Origin: Phaeosaccion multiseriatum
Taxonomy: Eukaryota; Protista; Ochrophyta, other classes
Direction: 5' to 3'
DNA length: 64,000 nucleotides
Assembly: GCA_965112735.1 (NCBI GenBank)
Contig: OZ218958.1
Location: 3,348,001-3,412,000, forward strand
Position numbers and translations under genes: made by a program. The notes under the pieces were generated by a model. It did no database searches. It was not told the origin of the DNA and saw nothing but the letters and a program-made list of their open reading frames with translations. This document shows, piece after piece, positions 49,701 through 64,000 of the stretch; position 1 is the stretch's first letter, and each line of letters begins with the position of its first letter.

Positions 49701-52700
49701 GCCAACAGACGGGCTGCGGGGGCTGTAACCACAGGGAAGAGACACATCCGAATGTCGTCATAGAGAACCACTCGGTCCGGAAACCTGTCTGCCTGCTCCG
49801 CGTCGCCCTCCACGCTCAGCCTCAGCGGTCGCCAGCTGAACGCGTCGAGTTGGTCTTCCCTTCGAGCCCACTTTGACACCTCCTTGTCCTCCTTCCGGAG
49901 CTGCTCTCCTCCCCCACCCCCACCCCCACCCTGGGCAGCCCTACCCACCCCCCGGACCTGCACTCCGCCTCTGCTGATTCCTCCCCCTCCACCACCACCG
50001 AGCGGCGGGGCAGGAGGCGGCATGGCCCCGGCTCCACCCCCTTCACCGACACTTGCACTATCTGCCCGACCCGCACCACTGCCCGTACCCGCAAGCGCAG
50101 CCCCCGTCACCGCCGCCGTCTCGCCGCTTCTCCTTCGGCTGCCATCCCCCCTGAGCATGCCCTGCAAGCGGTGGTAGTCCTCGCTGGTGCCGCTCCTGTC
50201 CACCTTGATGCGGTAGCCGTGCGCCACACTGTAGGCAGTGGACTCTTCCTCATTCACGGAGATGAGCCCCTCTGCGTCCACTGCAGACCCATCTTCCAGC
50301 AGCTCCTTCTCGCCCAAAGGACTGCCCATATGACTGCCGCTGCTGCTGTTCGTCGCAGGCTCCTTGAACTCGACGGAGGGAGGTTGAGGTTGAGGTTGCC
50401 GCTCGTCCTCCTCACCGTGTGCTAAGTATTTTGTCTGGATGCCTGCCTTCTCCCCCTCTCTCTCTTCCCTCGTCCCTCGCCCCGCCCCCTCCTCCTCCTC
50501 CTCCTCCTCCTCCTCCTGTATCACCAACTGCTGCTGCTGTACACTGAGACGCTCCTCCTCCGTGGCCTTAATTTCGCTGTACGCCTCGCTGAGGTTGTCC
50601 TGCCCCCTCCCCACCCTCTGCGCTCTCCTCCTTTCCGCCTCCGCCCGGCGTGCCCTCCTGCCCTCCTCCTCCTCTTTCCTCCTGCCCTCCTCCTCCTCAG
50701 CCCTCCTCTGCCTCTCCAGCGCCTGTATCGCCAACTGCTTCTCCTCCTCCTCGTCCAGTTGAGCAGGACCGAAGAAGTCCGCCGCAGTCTTCCTCGTCCT
50801 GCAAAAGGGTCGTGATATGAAGCCTGCTGACTTAGGCCTCTCCCCCGGGGGGAGGGCACCGCTGTCCGCAGGTGGCCCCCAGCGCGACACCCTCCTCGCC
50901 TCCATCCGCGCCTTGCCAGCTGCTGCAGAGTCCTTGCCCTGGCCGCCGTTACGACTGCCACAACTCGGAAACACCCCCTGTCCGCCCCCTTCCTGCTCCC
51001 CCGAATCGTCCTTCGCCTCGTGACGGGCCTCCAGCCACTTCATTAGCCCCAACCCCCCCCCTTTGGCCTTTTCTTCCCCCCCCCCCTCCCCCTCCTCGGA
51101 GGGGACCACCTCCTCAGAGGGAGGCATCTCCTCCTCCCCCACTCGAGGGAGCTCGCTGTCCCAGAAGGCCTCGAGCGCCTCCATCATCAGCCCCCGCTCC
51201 TCCCCCTCTCCCGTCCCCCTCCCCCCCCGCCTTTCCCTACTGTTGGGTCTCAGACAAACCGCCCAGCTGCTCTCCACCATGGCCTGCAGCAGCGCCACCG
51301 CCCTTTCCTCGAAGCCCGCTCTTTGCTCCATCCCACACTGAGCCCAGAGTAGATCCACTCTCTCCAGCTCAGCCTCCACCTTCGCCCTCCTCAGCAGTTG
51401 GTCATACAACTCCGGCTCCGTGTCATTGCCTTTATTTGGGCCCCCACTTGGGATCCCGCGTGAGGGTGAGGGGGGCCCAAGCAGGGCTAGTGCCTTGGCA
51501 TAGGCATCCCTGAGGGCAGGGACGGAGGCGGAGGCGAAGTGTCCCTGCAGATAGAGGAGGTGAGCGTGGTGTAGACCGGTGTTGGAGCTGCTCTTACGCA
51601 GAGCTTTCCTGGAGGACAGGGGAGGATTGAGGCGAAAGAGGCAGCACAGCACGGAACGAATCGATGTTGAGACGTGTACGTACGATAATGTTCCCCGTGG
51701 TTACACCCTCACCCCCCCCCCTCCCTCCATCCTTCACCTGCACAGCTCCATGGTCCCTTCGTGGTTGCGCATTGCCTGAGAGCTCTGCAGAGCCGCCACA
51801 GCGAGGCGATGACAGTGAGGATTGGCGTCCAAAGCGCGCTCCAACACCGGCAAGCGACGCTCCTCAACAGCCAGGCTGCTCCACGGCAGGGCCTCTGCTT
51901 TGCAGTAGAGTGAAGTAAGGATAGGTAAGGATGGGTAAGGAGGCAAAATGAGGTAAGGCAAGGTTGAGGAAGGTCGGGTAAGCTGCATACATACTTGGCA
52001 GGCTGATAGATAAGCAAGAGGTACAGAGAAAGAAAGAGAGAGAGAGGCGAGAGTCTCGCCACAAACGACAACACCTGCACTCAGCAGCTGCACTCAGCAC
52101 TCAGCACTCAGCACCCGCACTCAGCACCCGAACTCAACAGCTGCACTCAGCAGGGTCTGTCTACCAACACATGCACTTCACTTCAATTGACCTCCCTCCC
52201 TCCCTCCCTCCCTCCCTCCCTCCCTCCCTCCCTCCCTCCCTCCCTCCCTCCCTCCCTCCCTCCCTCCCTCCCTCCCTCCCTCCCTCCCTCGCACCTGTCC
52301 CACCGGCGGTGAGGGCGCCTTGCCTCTGCTGCAGGCGAGCGAGTCTCTGGTGCTCCTGAAGCAGTGCCACTGTCCCTTGGAAGTCCGCGTAGCGTAGCCA
52401 GCACTCCACATCCCCTGGGCTCCTCCTACAGCGCTCGTTGAAGTGCCTTATCCTCCTCAGCACCGCCTCTTCCATGCCCATAGACTCGTCCACCGCTGCC
52501 CTCGCGTGCTTGGGGTCTAGGGGGATAAATATCGGCCCGGTTCCTCCTCCTCCTGCTGCTGCTCCTCCTTCTGCTTCTGTTCCTCCTCCTCCTCCTCCTC
52601 GTCGTCCTCCTCCTGCTCCTCCTCCCGCTCCTCCTCCTACCAATGAGGCTACTGAGCCATCACATGGGTCCTCTCCTCCTTCTGAGCGCAGCAGCGGCGC

Positions 52701-53914
52701 CGCCCGCAGGCTGTCCTCCTCCTGCTGCTCCCGCCTCTGCGCCGCTCTCCGCAGCCTCTTTGCGCTCCTCCACAACTCCACAGTGTCGGCCGCCCCCTCG
52801 CCCTCGCCGCCCTTGCCGCTCGCGCCCTCCCCACCCCCCGCCCCTCCCTTCTTGCTCTTCCCTCCTGAGTTGGCCGTCCCTCTCCTCGCCGCAGCGCCGC
52901 AGTAGCGAGCTGCCCACAGGGCCTCTCGTGTGGGTGTGCGCGTGCGCCGCTCTGGGGTGGGGAGAGAGCGCCTCATTCCGTGGTAGCTCGGTACGTCGCC
53001 GCGGTACAGGCCTGCATTGTGTTGAGTAAGGGGGGCGTGCATTCATATACGTGAGTGATTCATCACTGATGGGAGTGATGCGAGGAGAGTTACAGTCGGG
53101 GGTGCTCGTCTACTCGCAGGACCTCCGCGATCCGCGATGTCGCTTGCCTCAACTCACCTCCGTAGCTCAGGATGTCGCCGTCCTTCCCTTTGTCCTCTTC
53201 GCATCCGTGGGGGAGAAAGAGCAGCTTCTGCTGCAGTTGCTTCCGGTGCTCCTCCTTCTGCCTTTCGTCTTGCTCCTCCTGCTCTCTTCTTCTCCGCCTG
53301 CTCCGCTTCCTGCTGCTGCTGCTACGGCTATCCCGGAGAAGGTCATCCTCCTCCTCCTCCTCGTCGTCCTCATCATCATCCCGGCCCCCCTTCCTCCGCC
53401 GTCGATCTTCTTTGCTGCCCTTCCTCCCGCTTTTCCTCTCGCGGTCTTTCTTGCTCTTCCTGCTCTTGGCAGCCTTCGGCGAGTCGCTCTGGCTCTTCTT
53501 CTCTCCTTCCCGCCTTCTCTTGCGGTTGCTGCTGCTACGCCTGTCCTTTCTACCTCTGTCCTTCTTTGACGATGATCTACGAGGTGAGCGCGAAGACGAG
53601 CGGGACGAGGACGAGGAAGAGGAGGAAGACGAAGACGAGGACGATTTGCCCTTCCCTCCCCCGTCCTTATCACTGACTGCAAAATAGCTTGCAGCACGTC
53701 TTCGCTTACTTGACGATACTACATTCCCACCCTCTCCCGCTTCCACGGGTACCACCGCCACCGCTGTCGCTGCTGCGCCCCCTTCTCCTCCCTCCTCCCT
53801 GCCCTCATCGATCTCCCCATCATCCTGCTTCTGCTTCTCGGCTGTTCCTTTCTTGAAGCTCTTTCCAATGGACAGCCAAGACGCTACTGGTCCAGAAGAT
53901 CCCCCTCCATTCAT
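46742..53914 (-). CDS. NRDE2: NRDE-2 family protein (nuclear RNAi / splicing / exosome-associated, HAT-repeat)
   Basis: Exons 53914-53158, 53011-52295, ~51897-51738, 51608-46742. Family motifs: SWLSIGKSF; DGDILSYGGLYRGDVPSY; FNERCRRSPGDVECWLRYADFQ; LERALDANP; AGFEERAVALLQAMVE; FWDSELPRVGE; WRPLR..PDRVVLYDDI; PLLWRLYI..AKRLFTRAVHACPLSKRLW..IMQDRGLRL. Confidence 0.9.
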
Positions 53915-54045
53915 TGAGGATCAAGGATCAAGCGCAGGAGGGCAAGTCTTTGTTTTTGGGAAAGGGGGGGGGGTGAGGCGGGGTTGCACCTTCTGGTGCC
54001 ATCTGTACTGTTTTTCTCTTTTTCACCATTTTTCCTTTGCGATAC

Positions 54046-54443
54046 ATTCGACCCCTGACACGCTATCGCTCACATTCTCGATAGCGCGCTATCGCGCCCC
54101 GGCGGGCCCGATAGCGCGCTATCGGCCGCCGGCCAATAGCGGATAGCGTGCCGGCTGGCGCCGGCCGATAGCGGATAGCGTGCCGGCTGGCGCCGGCCGA
54201 TAGCGGATAGCGCGCCGGCTGGCGTCAGCTCTCCCCCCCCCCCGGTGCGGTAGCAGCTGACGCTGGCGATAGCGGATAGCGCGCCGGCTGGCGCCGGCGA
54301 TAGCGGATAGCGAGCCGGCTGCGCGCCGGCGATAGCGGATAGCGAGCCGGCTGCGCCGGCGATAGCGGATAGCGCGCCGGAGATAGCGGATAGCGTGCTG
54401 GCGCCGGCGATAGCGTTAGCGGATAGCGTGTCAGGGGTCGAAT
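54046..54443. mobile_element. Non-autonomous TIR element (MITE-like), ~400 bp, in the NRDE2 upstream region
   Basis: Perfect 22-bp inverted repeats ATTCGACCCCTGACACGCTATC (54046-54067) / GATAGCGTGTCAGGGGTCGAAT (54422-54443). Interior made of tandem GATAGCGGATAGCG..GCCGG repeats. TACA occurs at both 54043-54046 and 54443-54446. Confidence 0.8.
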
Positions 54444-55408
54444 ACATGCAAGTACCATGTAGGCAATAACCACTTGGCGAGACATTCGCTTCCATGCCTC
54501 ATCGAGTCTCCGCGTGACAACCGTCCCTCCTCCCAATGAAGCCTTGAGGTAGCGTCTCTCTCTCCAAGTCTTGAGTAGGGCGTAGCGTCTCTATCTTTCC
54601 TTCTCTCCGGCAGGTGCGTGGTGCGTGTGGAGCGAAGCGGGAGGAAGCTGCACCATGTGCGTAGCCCGTAACACCCTCGGCTCCTGCCCTCTTCCCCCTC
54701 TTCCCCCTCTTCCCCCTCAGCCCCTCTGCTCCCTCTGCGCTTCCTCCAGCGCAGCTCGCCCCCCCCCCCTCTTCCCTTTCCCTCGTCTCTGCCCATATGC
54801 CCATATGCCCATAAGCCCATATGGCCATACTGCAGTCGGGCGCTTACGCTCCGGAGGGTCGGTAGCGGCATATGGCAGAAATCGCAGAAGCTCTCCGGAC
54901 CGCTGTGGCAGTCGCGTGTTCGTCCCTTCCTGGGGTAGACGCGAAGGAGCAGAACAAGCACTTGGCTCTTGTCCTCTCCCCCTTCCCCTCCTCCGATCCT
55001 CCTGCGGCTGACGGCCGCGTCCACGGTGTGCCATATATGCACACCACACACACCTTCGTACCGTACATCCCCTATCCGCCTCCCTCGGTCTTGGGAATAG
55101 ACAACGGGTCACATCGGCATGATGATAAGCACACCTGCTGCACCCTCACTGACATGTGTCGGACAAGAGGGGCTCGAGGCTCGCTGCATGGCGGGCTCCG
55201 AAGCAGGAGCAATCAGGAGCAATCAGGAGCAATCAGGAGCAATCAGGAGAGGAGCGACAAAGCGAAGGCAAGGCCCCAGTGCGGGCCGGCCGCCCACACC
55301 GACCCACAGGAGCGCGAGGGCCGCTCGAATCTCACTTGCTTGCCCCTGCCCACAGGGGTGGGTGCGTGGCCATGCGGCTGTACGGCTGTGCGGCTGTGTA
55401 CCGTGTCG

Positions 55409-56780
55409 TCACCTGCCGCCCCTGAGCCAGCGCGCCCCCCTGATGCCCACTCCGACGGCGACGTTGGTTTCCGCTCCGTTGATGATGTAAGCCGAGGCGG
55501 CCCCGTCTTCCGCTGCCTGAGATGCCTGTCCCTGCCCGTCCTGGCGACTGCTGTGTATCACCACCTTGGGCTGTGCGTCCTCCTGCCGCAGCAGCGAATC
55601 CTCCTGCGATTCGACACACGAGCACGCAACGAAGGGAGGGAGCGAGGGAAGGAGGGGAGGTAGAGAGAGAAGGAAGGCAGTACGGAGAAGCGTTATTTGA
55701 TGATACGATAAGGAAGTGCGAAGAGGGAAAACGGAATGTGGTCTGAGCCGCTGGACCATTGCCTGACAACGCGCCTCGAAATCATTGGTGACCACACACA
55801 CGGGCAGCGCAGCAGCACCAGCAGCAGCAGTTGGTGATACAACAGCAGCACTTGCTGTCACAGGGCTAGTACTGCAGCACCTACGTCCCTGCCTCGAGTC
55901 CTGTCGCACCACCCGTCCGTGACCTCCCCTTGCTCTCTATCCCTTCGCTGTCCACCCCCTATCCCCTGACCCCCCTCGCCTCACCTCCTCCAGCATCGCC
56001 CTGAGGTTCTCCGGAATGATACTCAAGTCCTTCGATGCCCCACATCTTCTTCTCCTGCCCCCGTCTCCTTCGCCTGCTTCTTCTTCCTCCTCTCCCCTCC
56101 CCTCCTTGCCATCCTGCTGGGCGTTATTGCCGTTGAGATGGCCATCGCCGCCTTCCTTGCCCTCCCCGCTCGACTCCACGCGTCGAATCTCCGCGCCAGA
56201 GACACCATCCTCTCGATTTCCGTCGTCCATATACTCAATATCGTACTCTACAGCCCCTGTGACGCCTTCTATACAATCGCTGCTCGTCTCACCACTGCTA
56301 CCTCTTCTAATTGCGACTATCTGAGGCGGCAAGAAGAGGGGAAGGGCGGGCGGGGTGTGTGAGGTCTCATAGCGGAGCGGGGAGAGGCGGCGATGATAAA
56401 CAAGGGTAGGAAGCGAAAGGAAGCAGCCCAACCGGCTGTGTCTAGAGGCAGATCATCAGCTCTGGTGGGGTTTAGCACCGAGACAGGCCCCCAAGGACAT
56501 TACCCTGGCAGACGAAAGGAGCGCCCCCCGTAAGAGACCCCTTTCATCAAGAGGTAGCCATGAAGGAAGGTCTGCAAGCTGTCCGCTTACACACAAAACA
56601 CACCTTTGCTGGAAACCAAATGCTATCAATCTGCCGCTCCACACGTTCTCCAATGCAAATGCCTCTCCGGCCTCCCTCGGCCCTGCTTCCCCCACTCCCG
56701 CCGCCACCTTTCTCCTCCCCCTCGAAAGAAGCCTCCGAACTGGCCTTGTCTTCGGCTGGGGCGCTGTCATTCTCCTGCAT
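55409..56780 (-). CDS. Small Tudor-domain-containing protein
   Basis: Exons 56780-56604, 56320-55985, 55603-55409 (phase 0). Spliced segment ICIGERVERQIDSIWFPAK|IVAI...YDIEYMDDGNREDGVSGAEIRRV fits the Tudor/Royal-family pattern. Confidence 0.65.
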
Positions 56781-57104
56781 CTGCTGCAGGCTTCTGATCG
56801 CTGACGGCTGTTCACGCAAAGACCTTTGCTGGCCTCTCAACAACAACAGCTGTGCATCACTACAGAGCCCAGCAGACTGCTGAAGGTATATACCGCCTTG
56901 TACTACCAGTAGATTATCAGCAGCAGGGAGAAAGGTAAAGGCGAGCGGGAAAACGGGAGGAAGCCCAAGTCACGGTTGGGGAGGTACCCAAGTGCGGCAG
57001 GATGGCAGCAAAGCGAAAGCGAGGCGTCTTGTCCAGCAGCACAGGGCTCTATTCCCCGGTAAATCTTCCTTTAACGGAAAGGCGGTGAAGGGAGATCTTC
57101 AACG

Positions 57105-63865
<6,761 letters not shown>

Positions 63866-64000
63866 GTGAGTGCGTGCGTGTGCACGCAGGAGGCCTCCAC
63901 ACAGGCAGCACGACGCATGCTTGACCCCAGTGATGAATAATGCCTCACTCCCTCACTCCCTCACTCCCTCCCTCCCTCCCTCCCTCTGACTTACTGTACC

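Noticed and set aside
54070-54536. ORFs with ARYPLSP / ALSAIAG repeats
   Set aside because: Translations of the internal repeats of the TIR element.

Overview
Eukaryotic, GC-rich, intron- and microsatellite-rich genomic DNA. A protist/alga (stramenopile-like) origin is inference only. Most entries in the six-frame ORF track are microsatellite artefacts. Exon structures were rebuilt by hand from splice sites and frame continuity and give these loci: (1) an intronless FNIP-type repeat gene at the left edge whose 41-aa units have near-invariant frameworks and hypervariable patches; (2) a large low-complexity/coiled-coil gene (-); (3) a NAA60-like GNAT acetyltransferase (+); (4) a 13-exon gene (-) encoding ankyrin repeats plus a non-RD IRAK/RLK-Pelle-type kinase that runs, across a 1-nt shift in a G14 homopolymer, into a divergent clathrin heavy-chain N-terminal beta-propeller; (5) an FtsH/AFG3-like m-AAA protease (+); (6) a ~14-kb tandem array of ~3.5-3.9-kb units that carry copies of the 3' end of the neighbouring gene; (7) that neighbour, NRDE2 (-), with a TIR-bounded MITE-like element just upstream of its start; (8) a small Tudor-domain gene (-); (9) a secretory-pathway CgeB/Glyco_trans_1_2-like glycosyltransferase (+) running off the right edge. 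The most striking observations are the ankyrin-kinase-clathrin-propeller fusion, a dispersed 14-mer (GTATCACCAACTGC) used on both strands, in several reading frames and in introns, the repeat-variable FNIP array, and the repeat-bracketed NRDE2 locus.
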